This document shows, one piece after another, positions 33,701 through 44,300 of a stretch of DNA of 51,013 bases. Made by a program: the position numbers and the translations under genes. Location: the IMG/VR virus record IMGVR_UViG_3300020455_000019, positions 1 to 51,013 of that record; one strand, written 5' to 3'. The notes under the pieces were generated by a model that was not told the DNA's origin, ran no database searches, and saw only the letters and a program-made list of their open reading frames with translations. Every line of letters starts with the position of its first letter. Position 1 is the first letter of the stretch. The DNA is from a virus (taxonomy: Duplodnaviria; Caudoviricetes).

Positions 33701-36700
33701 GCAGAGCCAGAAGTATTACCATTTACATTTCCAGTTAAATTTCCAACAAAAGTAGTTGTCGTTAAAGTTCCAGTCGAAGGATTGTAAGTTAAAGCAGAAT
33801 CTGTTTCAGCACCCTGAGAACCAGTAGCTGCATCTACAAAAATCGGATAAACAGTTTCATTGGTTGTGTTATTTGCAGTGACCGTGAATTGTGTTGCGAG
33901 TGCTGCTGTACCTGAAGTATTTTGATCGCCAGCAGAGTTGACTCCAGGCAGATCAATATTTGCTGAACCATCAAAGCTAACTCCACCTATTGTTCTAGCA
34001 GTTGCCAAAACCGTTGCTGTCGCTGCATTTCCTGTTGTATTTTGGTCGCCAGTAGTATTAACGCCTGGTAAATCTATATTTGCTGAACCATTAAAACTTA
34101 CTCCTCCTATCGTTCTTGCAGTTGCAAGTGTTGTTGCTGTATCTGCGTTACCCGTTAATGCTCCAGTTACATCTCCAGAAATTGTTCCACTTACAGTTAA
34201 AGCAGTAAGAGTCCCAACCGAGGTAAGAGAACTTGCAACAACATTAGAAGCAAGTGTCGTTCCAGTTAAATCAGCAGCAGCCGTATTAGTTGTATCAGTT
34301 GCCCATTCAAGAGTCGTAGCAGTCGATCCAGCTTTAAGCACTTGACCTGTTGTAGGAGGAGCCGCAGGTAAAGATATTGTGTAACTAGATTCTGAACCTT
34401 TATCAGTAGCTCCTTTAATTCCTATATAAGCAGTTCCATTACTATCAGCTTCAAAGAAACGAACTTCTTTATCGTTATCAACTAAAAGATTATCTGTAAG
34501 TGTCCCACCAGTTGTAGGCAAAGCAGCATCAGCAGTTGTTTGTGCAGCATCAGCAGCATCCTTAGCTGTCTTTACAGCAGCAGGGGTAGCAGCCGTAGTA
34601 GTGCTTGTGCTATCTGCTGCGTTTGTTAATTGAAGAACACCAACGGCACTTGTTGTTCCAGTAGCAATTTTTGATCCTGTAATTGCAGCAGATCCAGATA
34701 TATCAGCATCAACAATGACTCCAGCAGTAATTGAAGTAACACCTGCATTTGTTATTGCTATATCACCTGTAATCGAGACTGCTACCGCATCATCATTTGC
34801 GTCTCCAACAAGAAGTTTAGCCGATTCTAAATCAGCTAATTTTGTAAATGCAATTCCAGCACTAGCATTTATATCTGCATTAACAATCGTTCCATCAGCA
34901 AGCATTGTACTTGTAACTGTTCCACTGTCTCCAGATGTAATTACTGTTCCCGTTATGTCTGGCAAAGTGATTACTTTGTCTGATGTCGTTGGATCGGCAA
35001 CAGTTAATGTTGTTTCAAAAGCATCTGTTGTATCACCTTCAAATACAAGACTTCCTGTATTCGCAATTAAAATTTGACCTGTAACAATGCCGCCTGCTTT
35101 CGCTATTTTTTCACTTGCTACCTCTGCTATAGCATCTTGAACATTGGTAGCAGAAACGCCATCAACACCACTACCACTTGGAGAATAAGTAATATTAGTC
35201 GCAATTTGTCCTGCAACTGTTGCTGATAGATCAATCTCTTGCCAACTACTACTGGTGGAAGAAGTTGTAACACCCAAGATGTAATCTGGTGGAGCAAAAT
35301 CCTGTTGTGGAGCAGGAGCAGAAGGGTAACTTCCTGAAGTGTTTCCTACAGATATAACGACATATAAACCATCAGTATTAGCACTTGGAGTGGGAAGATT
35401 GGAACCAACAGTCAAACCACTTGAAATTCCTTCAGAAGTGCAACTAATCATTTGAGATGTTGCAGCGTTATATGTTCCCCCAAAACGCAAACTACCTTTC
35501 GTTAACGTAGTTATTGCCTGCCACGCTGTACCGTCAAAAATGTATGCATCTTCTGCAACAGTATCAAACAGAATTTGACCATTGAATTGTGCTGTTGGGA
35601 ATCCGCTTTGAGCAATAGATTGGAATATTGTTGTAGAAGAATTACTTAACTTATTACCGTCAATAGAATTTGCCGCAATTCGTGCTGCTGCAACAGTTCC
35701 TGAAGTCAATAATGTTGCACTGTGATTAGGTAAATCACTAGCTAAAAGACTTGTTAAATCTGTAACTAGACCTTTTGCATTAACTGTAACTTTTATCCCT
35801 GAACCTGCTGTTACGCCTGAATCAGCAACTGTAATTGCACCGTTTGAATCAACAGAAAGTGGACCTCCCGTTGGCACAGAAACAGCACCTACAGCACTAG
35901 CAGTTGCAAGAGGTAAATCTGAAGCAGCTAACGATCCTGTTCCTGTTACTTGCCCGAAATTATTGAAAGTAACTTTGACCGCTGTAGCTCCAGTCGTTGT
36001 TGCTGCAATAGATAATGCACCTGTTCCTGTAACTGTTAAACCACCTGCTGTAGGGACAGAAACACCACCAACGGCAGTAGCAGTTGAAACAGGCAAATCG
36101 CTTGGCAACAGTGCAGTTACAGCGGTTATTAAGCCCTGAGCGTTATAGCTAATTCCAGCACTTGTTCCAGCAGAAATTGTATTGTTAATTCCTAATTTTC
36201 CAGACGCAACATTTAAAGATCTATCAAGATCACTTGTAAGAAGCTTGGCTGCTGTAACCGTTCCATCAGTAAGCTTTGCTCCACTTATTCCACTAGCAAT
36301 TTTTGCATCAGTAACTGAACCCGCAGCAATTTTTGCAGTTGTTACAGAAGTTGCACCTAAAGCAAGCGTATCAACAGCCCCTGCTCCAATTTTGGCTGCT
36401 GTAACAGCGTCATCGGCAATTTTTACTGTTGTCACAGAAGCAGGGCCAAGACTATTGGTTTCAATTACCCCTGAGAACTTGGCTGCTGTGACGGCTCCAT
36501 CAGCAATCTTGGCAGTTGTTATTGCTGCATCAACGACAGCAGCAGTATCTACAGCATTATCAGCAAGTTTTGCTGCTGTAACTGCATTAGCCTCAATTTT
36601 TGCAGATGTAACAGCATTATTTGCTATGGCTGCTGTATCAACTGCATCATCAGCTAGTTCACTAGCTGTTATGGCATTAGCGGCTATTTCAGACGATGTA

Positions 36701-39516
36701 AGTGAATCACTTGCAATTTTTGTTCCATCTATATCTCCAGCCGACAAACTTAATTTATTTGCAGTAATTGTTGCGTTAGCTATCTTTGCTCCTGTTACTG
36801 CAAAGTTTGTTATAGCCGCTGTGTCCACTGCATCGTCTGCAAGTTCTGAAGCACCAACTGCATTTGCAGCGATCTCGCTTGCCCCTACAGAATCAGCAGC
36901 TAGTTGAGTTGCTGTGATCGTGCCAGTAGCAATATTTGCGCCTTCAATTGTTGCTGCTGCTATCTTTGCTCCTGTTACTGCGTCATCTGCTAAAGCATTT
37001 GTATCAACAGCATTGTCTGCAAGCTCGCTAGCACCTATCGCATTGGCTGCTATCTGATTTGCTGTAATTGAATTACTTGATATCTTTGAACCTGCAATAT
37101 CACCATCAGCAAGGTTTAACTTATTTCCTGTAATAGTTGTATTAGCAATCTTTGCTCCTGTTACAGCTAAGTTAAGAATGGATGCTGTATCTACAGCGTC
37201 ATCAGCTAATTCTGAAACACCGATAGCATTAGGAGCTATCTCATTGGCAGTAAGAGTATTAGCAACAATATTTCCTGCTGCAATTGTTGTTGCTGCAATA
37301 TTGGCCCCAGTAATAGTTGTTGCAGCTATTTTTGCCCCAGTGACAGCATCATCAGCTATGGCAGCAGTATCTACGGCATTATCAGCCAATTCACTTGCAC
37401 CTATAGCATTAGGAGCTATCTGACTAGCAGTTAAAGAATTAGAACCAATTTTTGCACCAGAAATATCACCATCAGCAAGATTTAATTTTGCATAAGTAAT
37501 AGTTGTATTAGCTATCTTTGCTTCTGTCACTGCAAGGTTTGCAATTGCATTGGTGTCAACAGCATCATCAGCTAATTCAGACGCACCTATTGCATTAGCA
37601 GCTATTTCTGAAGCAGTAATTGTATTAGCAATAATATTTGCTGCTCCTATTGTTGTTGCAGCTATTTTTGCCCCAGTAATAGTTGCAGCAGCTATTTTTG
37701 CTTCTGTTACAGCTAAATCTGCTAACTCTGTCGCACCAACAGCACCAACAGCAATCTTTGCGTTCGTAACAGCGTCATCACCCAATTTAATTGTACTAAC
37801 TGCATTACTAGCCAGTTCTGTTGTACCTACAGCTCCAGAAGCTATCTGTGTTGTTGTTATTGCACCTGCACCAATTTTCGCACTAGGGATATCTCCATCA
37901 GCAAGATTTAATTTCGCATAAGTAATTGAACCATCTACAACTTCATTTGTCCCTACTGCATTTGCAGCTATTTGACTACTACCAACAGAATTTGCAGCAA
38001 GCTCTGTTGATGTAATAGTTCCAGTAGCAATCTTTGCCGCTGCGATTGTCCTATCAGCAATTTTCGCTCCTGTTACAGCCGTCGCCCCTAGCTCTGTAGT
38101 GCCAACAGCTCCAGAAGCAATCTTTGCAGCAGTTACAGCATCATCAAGAATTGAACCTGTATCTACAGAATCATCTGCTAACTCACTAGCACCTACTGCA
38201 TTAGTTGCTATTTGAGTTGCTGTAATTGTATTATCTGCAATCTGAGTTGCGGTAATAGTGTTATTAACAAGTTTTGAGCCAGTAATCGTTGTTGTTGCAA
38301 TCTTTGCTCCTGTTACAGCCAAAGCAAGAATTGCATTTGTATCTACAGAATCATCTGCCAACTCTGAAGTACCTATAGCATTAGGAGCTATTTGATTTGC
38401 AGTTAAAGAATTAGGTGCAATTTTCGCTCCTGCAATATCACCATCAGATAAATTTAATTTTGCATAGACAATAGTTCCGTTAGCAATCTTGGCATTGGTG
38501 ACAGCAGCATCAATAATCGCATTTGTATCAACAGCATCGTTTGCTAATTCACTTGCTCCTACAGCATCAGCAGCTATTTGACTATTACCAACAGAGTCAG
38601 CAGCAAGTTGAGTAGCTGTAATTGTATTAGCAGCAATATTTGCAGCCGTAATTGTTGTACTAGCTATCTTGGCTCCAGTAACAGCCGCTGCTCCTAAAGC
38701 TGTTGTATCGACAGCACCAGCCGCAAGTTTTGCAGCAGTTACAGCATCATTAACAATTGCGTTTGTATCAACTGCCTCATCTGCTAACTCTGAGGCGGTA
38801 ATCGCATTAGCAGCGATTTGAGTAGATGTAAGGGTATTATCAACAAGCTTTGCTCCTGTAATAACACCATCAGTAATTTTAGATGCGGTAACAGAATTAG
38901 CTGCTAACTTTCCTGTCGTAACAGCAATATTAGCTATTGCATTTGTATCAACAGCATTATCAGCCAATTCACTTGCACCTACAGCATCAGCAGCTATTTG
39001 TGTTGACGTAATTGAATTATTAGCAATTTTTGCTCCAGGTATATCTGCATCAGCAAGGTTTAACTTGGTGGAATCAACAGCACCTGCAACTATTTTGTCA
39101 CTTGTTACAGCATTATTAGCAATAGAAAGAGTATCTACGGCGTTATCAGCTAATTCACTTGTACCAATTGCGTTAGGAGCTATTTCTGCCTCTGTGATTG
39201 CATTAGATGCTATTTGTGTCGCCGTAATCGCTCCTTCAGCTAACTCACTTGCTCCAACAGCCCCTGCTAAAATCTTAGCTGCTGTTATCGCATTATCAGC
39301 TATAGCCGCTGTGTTAACAGTATCAGTACCAAGACTCGCTAAAGCAGAACCAGGAATCGAACCAGCATCAATTAACGCAACCCCTTTTTCAATTAAAGCT
39401 TTTGCTGTTATTCGCTTGGTTTCTGATGCGCTATCATCAACTACGGCTAATTCATCAACTGCCGCTAAATCTGCCTCCGCTAATGCAGGCAATTGACTTA
39501 TTTGAAGATCAGCCAT
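30763..39516 (-). CDS. Giant tail fibre protein, 2917 aa
   Basis: About 1000 aa of decamer repeats (AVTxAKIAxx), GNAATATALATARTIGGV repeats, INNNADNRLITG modules, C-terminal TSAPS..GDLYIVY. Confidence 0.88.
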   Translation of the reverse strand: MADLQISQLPALAEADLAAVDELAVVDDSASETKRITAKALIEKGVALIDAGSIPGSALASLGTDTVNTAAIADNAITAAKILAGAVGASELAEGAITATQIASNAITEAEIAPNAIGTSELADNAVDTLSIANNAVTSDKIVAGAVDSTKLNLADADIPGAKIANNSITSTQIAADAVGASELADNAVDTNAIANIAVTTGKLAANSVTASKITDGVITGAKLVDNTLTSTQIAANAITASELADEAVDTNAIVNDAVTAAKLAAGAVDTTALGAAAVTGAKIASTTITAANIAANTITATQLAADSVGNSQIAADAVGASELANDAVDTNAIIDAAVTNAKIANGTIVYAKLNLSDGDIAGAKIAPNSLTANQIAPNAIGTSELADDSVDTNAILALAVTGAKIATTTITGSKLVNNTITATQIADNTITATQIATNAVGASELADDSVDTGSILDDAVTAAKIASGAVGTTELGATAVTGAKIADRTIAAAKIATGTITSTELAANSVGSSQIAANAVGTNEVVDGSITYAKLNLADGDIPSAKIGAGAITTTQIASGAVGTTELASNAVSTIKLGDDAVTNAKIAVGAVGATELADLAVTEAKIAAATITGAKIAATTIGAANIIANTITASEIAANAIGASELADDAVDTNAIANLAVTEAKIANTTITYAKLNLADGDISGAKIGSNSLTASQIAPNAIGASELADNAVDTAAIADDAVTGAKIAATTITGANIAATTIAAGNIVANTLTANEIAPNAIGVSELADDAVDTASILNLAVTGAKIANTTITGNKLNLADGDIAGSKISSNSITANQIAANAIGASELADNAVDTNALADDAVTGAKIAAATIEGANIATGTITATQLAADSVGASEIAANAVGASELADDAVDTAAITNFAVTGAKIANATITANKLSLSAGDIDGTKIASDSLTSSEIAANAITASELADDAVDTAAIANNAVTSAKIEANAVTAAKLADNAVDTAAVVDAAITTAKIADGAVTAAKFSGVIETNSLGPASVTTVKIADDAVTAAKIGAGAVDTLALGATSVTTAKIAAGSVTDAKIASGISGAKLTDGTVTAAKLLTSDLDRSLNVASGKLGINNTISAGTSAGISYNAQGLITAVTALLPSDLPVSTATAVGGVSVPTAGGLTVTGTGALSIAATTTGATAVKVTFNNFGQVTGTGSLAASDLPLATASAVGAVSVPTGGPLSVDSNGAITVADSGVTAGSGIKVTVNAKGLVTDLTSLLASDLPNHSATLLTSGTVAAARIAANSIDGNKLSNSSTTIFQSIAQSGFPTAQFNGQILFDTVAEDAYIFDGTAWQAITTLTKGSLRFGGTYNAATSQMISCTSEGISSGLTVGSNLPTPSANTDGLYVVISVGNTSGSYPSAPAPQQDFAPPDYILGVTTSSTSSSWQEIDLSATVAGQIATNITYSPSGSGVDGVSATNVQDAIAEVASEKIAKAGGIVTGQILIANTGSLVFEGDTTDAFETTLTVADPTTSDKVITLPDITGTVITSGDSGTVTSTMLADGTIVNADINASAGIAFTKLADLESAKLLVGDANDDAVAVSITGDIAITNAGVTSITAGVIVDADISGSAAITGSKIATGTTSAVGVLQLTNAADSTSTTTAATPAAVKTAKDAADAAQTTADAALPTTGGTLTDNLLVDNDKEVRFFEADSNGTAYIGIKGATDKGSESSYTISLPAAPPTTGQVLKAGSTATTLEWATDTTNTAAADLTGTTLASNVVASSLTSVGTLTALTVSGTISGDVTGALTGNADTATTLATARTIGGVSFNGSANIDLPGVNTTGDQNTTGNAATATVLATARTIGGVSFDGSANIDLPGVNSAGDQNTSGTAALATQFTVTANNTTNETVYPIFVDAATGSQGAETDSALTYNPSTGTLTTTTFVGNLTGNVNGNTSGSAGSCTGNAATATALVSSVNIGGVAFDGTASINLPGVNAAGDQDTTGNAATATALANARTIGGTNFDGTANIDISYSNLTNKPTIPTNNNQLTNGANFITSSGTSAACSGNAATASLATEFTVTANNSTDETVYPLFADGATGSQGAETDTGLTYNPSTGLLTSTGFSGVGTSLTALDADNITAGTVDAARLGSGSSITTKFLRGDNTWQTVSATPEGTAILSTGESGGTKFLREDGDGTCSWQDVPAGVTINNQADNRIVTATGTTNTLNGEAGLQFDGSSLQISSTNNAKMHLKGSNDPEIIWYEGTASKMFLAWRADGYAYLHNYEHSTSIKVGSNFTWYDGSSDQTIVHQGNVGSSGALSSSAIHAASLTLSGDLTVNGTTTTVNSTTVEVADKNIELGKVASPSDTTADGGGLTLKGATDKTFNWVNSTDAWTSSEDIQVATGKKFIGDVTGSVSGTSGGFTAGSASNLNAGTVPIDRLGSSGTASSSTFLRGDNSWQTISGTTINNNADNRLITGSGTTGELNGEANLTFDGSTVEINTTTHEKISLKGSNSPKINFYDGSTSKAYLSYSNSGLVELYNGHQNTGLIVSNLFVWYDGSAQQRVIHEGNVGSGGDLSGKNVYVNEIHGDGSNLTDLSAANIASGGTLPALNGSNLTNISATDSTKLLLSGGTLTGNLTMTGGDLTISNSASHKIYIRGHDNPVILDVFNASGTQVYYQHYYNSQMWFWQAINNRGLKFPASSSDDYEVYTSSNNWATLLTDLNVGSGGKLSSKNVYVNQIHGNGSNLTSLSAANITSGGTLPALDGSNLTNLPSSGGTTINNNADNRIITGSSSSNTLEAESNFTFTSGSATITATNPELELNDAAGANKVSLQYYTNDNKVYLWNNHSSSGGGISFASASTTCQWFNGTSHSDMLHQNNVGSGGALSSEEVYVSKIHAASVASSANGMRRITTSTSAPSSTTGFADGDLYIVYS

Positions 39517-39557
39517 TTAACTCTTAGTCTTTAGGGACAGTTTATACCTTTTATGTA

Positions 39558-40427
39558 TTATGTCGCATCATCTTCTAAGAACAGCTTACTTCCATCTTCT
39601 TGCAATAAGAAATCAGTTGACTCTTGTAACATAAAACCAGGCGTTGCACCTACTTGAAGGGTAAACTCTCCAGTAGTAATAAAATCAATTTGAGTTTTTA
39701 TTATTCCAACATTAGGAATTGAGACACTACACATTGTTATTTGAGCTTCACATTCATACCAAGCATTATTAGCAGAAGCAGCAGATTCTCTATAAAGAAA
39801 AAATCGACCAAAAAAATCAGCACCTTGTTGCACCCGTAAAATTAAGCGAGCTAAATAAGATGAAAATTCTTGCCCTGTCGAATAATCAGGATCAGTCGCA
39901 ACATATCTATGTTCCCAAAAGCAAGTCATTGATCCTTGACCTTGAATCATTCCATTATCAAACTGCTTTTTATAAACGTCGCCTAAGCTACTAATTTCTA
40001 TTTGATCTCTTTGCGTTGTAAATTCATATTCTTCAATCCTTGCCAACGGTCTAAAAGAAACATTTCTAGCTTTTATCTCAATTTTTTGATCACTAGACGG
40101 ATTAACTAAAGTCTTGGCATTTAAATTTGTCCCTCCAACAGCCAAAGCAAAAGTCTCATATAAACGGACACCTCCTATATCATCGACATGAGCAAAAAAA
40201 GAGCAGTCTCTACCAGTATGTCCTGAAACTAATTCTAAATCTGATGATCCATCTATTCTTTTTATCTCAATTTTATCTCCAGTAATAATATTTGATTTAA
40301 CGCCAGTTACTGAGAATCTTTTTCTTGATGTATTTACATCACTAGGAACCATTGAAGCACTTAAACAGTGCTCCATTGATGTTCTTTTGAGTTCAATGAA
40401 CCCTCCACTCCCTAAATAGGTGGGCAT
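39558..40427 (-). CDS. Tail structural protein (tube-like fold, probable fibre attachment)
   Basis: RDQIEISSLGD...QGQGSMTCFW motif; C-terminal LLQEDGSKLFLE. Confidence 0.6.
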   Translation of the reverse strand: MPTYLGSGGFIELKRTSMEHCLSASMVPSDVNTSRKRFSVTGVKSNIITGDKIEIKRIDGSSDLELVSGHTGRDCSFFAHVDDIGGVRLYETFALAVGGTNLNAKTLVNPSSDQKIEIKARNVSFRPLARIEEYEFTTQRDQIEISSLGDVYKKQFDNGMIQGQGSMTCFWEHRYVATDPDYSTGQEFSSYLARLILRVQQGADFFGRFFLYRESAASANNAWYECEAQITMCSVSIPNVGIIKTQIDFITTGEFTLQVGATPGFMLQESTDFLLQEDGSKLFLEDDAT

Positions 40428-40876
40428 TATTCACCCGCTTGTTCGTTTAGTGTTAGTGCTGTAGGACGAGCAGTAGCCTCGAACGAGATGTCAGCAGATA
40501 AAATTTCGCCTTGGCTATTTGTCATAGAAACACCAGTTATAATTACTGGCAACGTAATAGACCTATCTGCTTGAGCGTGATCTTTAATTCCTAGCTCTAA
40601 TGAAAAAGTGCTTGAGGCAACATCAGTAGTCTTGATAATCTTACCTATCAAGGTCTGTGCCATTTTATCACCATTAGTTTCAGTCGACGCGCTATACCAA
40701 GAAATAGAGGCAGAGCCAGAAAGACTACGAATTCCACCTATAAGTTGTCTGTCACGATCACCTAATGTCGTGACATCTAAAGTCTCTTGAGCTGAACTAA
40801 AGCTCCATGTAGTTACAGTTGCTGCTTCAGTGCCGTCAACTTTTAAGTAACCATCACTACCTGAATAATAAGACAC
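40427..40876 (-). CDS. Tail tube-like protein
   Basis: YSGSDG.L...WSFS...ETLDVTTLGD...SGSAS...ADISFEA major-tail-like pattern; GTG start. Confidence 0.7.
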   Translation of the reverse strand: MSYYSGSDGYLKVDGTEAATVTTWSFSSAQETLDVTTLGDRDRQLIGGIRSLSGSASISWYSASTETNGDKMAQTLIGKIIKTTDVASSTFSLELGIKDHAQADRSITLPVIITGVSMTNSQGEILSADISFEATARPTALTLNEQAGE

Positions 40877-40907
40877 GACAATAGTTGAATTAAAGATTCA
40901 TTATATT

Positions 40908-41309
40908 CTAAGGCGAATCGAGGCAAGCAACAAATTTACATTCAACATTGCTACGTCCAGGGTAGACACTTGTCACAGTTGGAGGGCCATCATAATGCCA
41001 TTTTAACTCTGTTCTTTCAACAAAAAAAGACGTAAGATTACTAGCTGCTCCTCCAATAACACCAGTCCCCTCAAAATTTACTTCATCCCAAACAGATTGA
41101 ACTTCTTGGTAATGTAATAAAATAGTTGCAGCATCAGCGTCAGTAATATTATTAAATCCCAATGTTAAAGTTGATTCTGTTCGATGTTTTCCATATCGAA
41201 TAACAGTTTTCACGCCATTCAATGCTTGAAATTCCTTTTGAGGATATTCCCCTGGCGAATAACTTCTAGATGAAGGAACTAAATTAGTAGGTTTAAAAGT
41301 AATTGCCAT
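40908..41309 (-). CDS. Minor tail/distal tail protein
   Basis: PSSRSYSPG.YP...LTLGF.NI...W.Y..PP.V motif; tail operon position. Confidence 0.6.
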   Translation of the reverse strand: MAITFKPTNLVPSSRSYSPGEYPQKEFQALNGVKTVIRYGKHRTESTLTLGFNNITDADAATILLHYQEVQSVWDEVNFEGTGVIGGAASNLTSFFVERTELKWHYDGPPTVTSVYPGRSNVECKFVACLDSP

Positions 41310-41314
41310 TAGCT

Positions 41315-44300
41315 TTAAAAAAGTTCAGGGAAACGAGAATTAAAATGACTATCAGAAGGATTTGTGTACCGTAGAACGCTCATGTAACCACTGTCATCAA
41401 ATGGAACATGACTTGCTGCAATTTTAATAAAGCCCTCCTCTCCATGAGTAATTGATTCAATCTTATACAACCGATCTTCAGTCGTATCATCAAGCACTGT
41501 AAATAAACTACCTTTTAAAGCACCTCCAGTTGTTCCACTTCCGTCAAAATAAAAACTACCAAATTGAACACCATTTTCTGTTTCTGGCTTCCAATAATAA
41601 ACTTTTTGAACACCACTTATGGTTTCACGACTAATAATATTGCCTTCATCATCAACACTTCCATTCTTAAATCGACTTGTATGAGTAGCTTCAGTCATTA
41701 CTCGTATATAATCCCCAGCGATTAATTTTAAAACAGAAATCGGTGTTGTTTCAAACGAAATACCATGATCAACATCTTTGCGTGTGACTAAGGCAAAAGC
41801 AGCAAATTTTTTCGCATGATTTTCATTACTACACCATCCACTCATATCAAACACTTCTTCAGGAAGTGCTTCTGCATTACTGTAAAACTCCGAATCTGAT
41901 AGTCCTGGCTTTCTATAAGCAAAAGTTTTTGCTTTGTTTTCTGGAAAACCATCGATTTCATCTTGTCTATATATAACAGTTGCTTTAAACATTTTTCTTT
42001 CTTCTGGAGTTAAAAAAGTAACCTGTAAATCTTTAATATTCCCGTCAGTAAATAATCCTTTTACCTCACTCTCCATCTGAGATTTAGTGATGTTATATCT
42101 TATAGGACCGCCATCACCAATAGTAGGGAAACTTGGCCTTAAGCTAAATTGACCACCAACGACACAAAAATCTAAGAAACAATAACCAGCATTTTGAAAA
42201 ATAAATTCTCTTATATTGAATTTTTTATCAATAATACCGTTCCATCTAAACTGATTTTGCCTGCAATAACGTGCAGCTTCTTGCATGTCATCTACCTTTA
42301 CTGCTTTTATTCCTGCTATATCGCCAGCCCCATAGTCAGTATTAGTTAATAAGTCATAAACTATTTCAACAATATTATCGGTTGATTCAAAATAACTACT
42401 TAGTCCTGTTTGAAGATCAATAGTCGTATCTGTGCCATTATCATTAATTAACCTTTGAACTTTTATACCTTCTTCGATATGACAAGACAAAGAACTAAAT
42501 TGATTAAAGTTTACTCCCGCAGCAATTCTTAATCCTCCAATTGCAAGTTTTTCATAATTAATGTTGGCTGTCGCACTTGTCTCTCCTTCATCAATTATTT
42601 CGTTAACATGAGTAATTTCATGCTCAGATCCATTTTCATGACTGGATGATTCCGTGTCATACATGAAATAATCGGCTATAGCGTTATTAGGATTTGTATC
42701 TCTTTGATCATAGAAATATGTTGTATGAGAAGAATTGTTTGAAAAATTAGTATCCCCTGCATCTTGATCAAATTGTTCATCAGGGTCTACAAACGGCTCT
42801 CCTGCGGTTAATGTAAAATTCCTTCCAGATCCATCAGATATTTGAACTTTATCACCCGTTAGATAACCTTTCCCCGAATAACCATCTTGTATTTCGTAAG
42901 TTGTATAAGAACGAGCCTGATTATCATCATTTGTCCATGATTTTACAGATTTAGTAATTTTCAAACTCTCTCCATTTGTATCCCCCACCTGAGTCACATC
43001 ATGGTGAGTAACTACAACTTCAGGCTCAGTTCGATCTTGGAATTGCACTGCAATCGCATAATAATTTACTTTTACTCCATCAGTGTTTTTTTGATATCTC
43101 CAGTCTGGGCCTGTACCATTCCTCACTGGATTTCTAGCCCTTCTAAAGCGATGCCAAATACCAGTAGGATTCCCGTCCTTATCAAACTCTTCTATTGCAG
43201 TCGTCCACATATCAGCGTATGTACCACCATCTATCGCATCTACTTCAAAAGTTGGGTTTTTGCCAACAGGGATAAGTGTGCCGCCAAACCAATATTGCCA
43301 TCGTGTTCGACCACCACCAATAAAAGTTTCAGTCAATGCAATACCATGATAATGACTAAAATATGAGTTATGACCAAGGATAGTCTTCTCTACACCATCC
43401 TCTATTGTCCCAGGATTTCCTTTGAAATTTCTTACCATAGGACTACTTTGAAAATATGATCCCGATGAGTTTGATGTCACGGTGGGACGACCCCAGTTGC
43501 CATAATTTGCCCCGTTTGGGTCTGGTCCAGGCCCAGTTCCCCAATAAACATAATCATTTAATTCAGGATTTGTTCCATCTCTATTCCAAGGTTCACCATT
43601 AACATTATTTATAGCAGGTGTTACTTGTGGAGGCTCAAAACTATCCTGCTTCCAATCAAAAGCGGGAGCAGACCAATTGTCTTCACCAATTGATTTAGGA
43701 CTGATAGCAGTAACAGGTGTTCCTGCTGCAACAGGATTGCCTGAATCATCCGTAATATAACCAGACCCTAAACCGCCTCTAACCCATTCAATATTGTTAG
43801 TAACTCCATTTCCGGCACCTACAAGTGATCTGCTCGGAAGTGTTTCAGTCTGAGCATGAAAATAAGCTGAAGCGGTAACAGTAATTACGTTTGCATCATT
43901 TCTTAACTGAAAGCTAGTAGTATGCAATTTTCCCCCATAACTCAAAACATAAAAATCTCTATCCGTATAATGATTTAAAACAACATTTCCAGGTACAGGT
44001 AAGAAACGATATTCAAGTGGTTTTTTGTTTATATGTTTTATATTAATTGAATTATATTGAGGTTGATTTGTAGAGCCTTTTACACAAAAAACTCGACTAC
44101 ATACATCCGTCCAACTAACTTTCTCTGCATCAGTATTTAAAATTTTTGCTTGTAATTTAAAGAAACTTAAACGAGTAACATATTTACTAATTGATCCCAC
44201 AGAAATAGTGCCACCGTCTTTCTCATAAGAAACAATTCTTTCTCTGCTAGGAACTTCATTTAAGTTTGCATTACCAGAGATCTGTCTCCAAACCGTACTT

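Noticed and set aside
31082-39496. Plus-strand ORFs inside the giant fibre gene (e.g. 36182..36907)
   Set aside because: Antisense shadows produced by the GCN/ACN-rich repetitive codons of the real minus-strand gene
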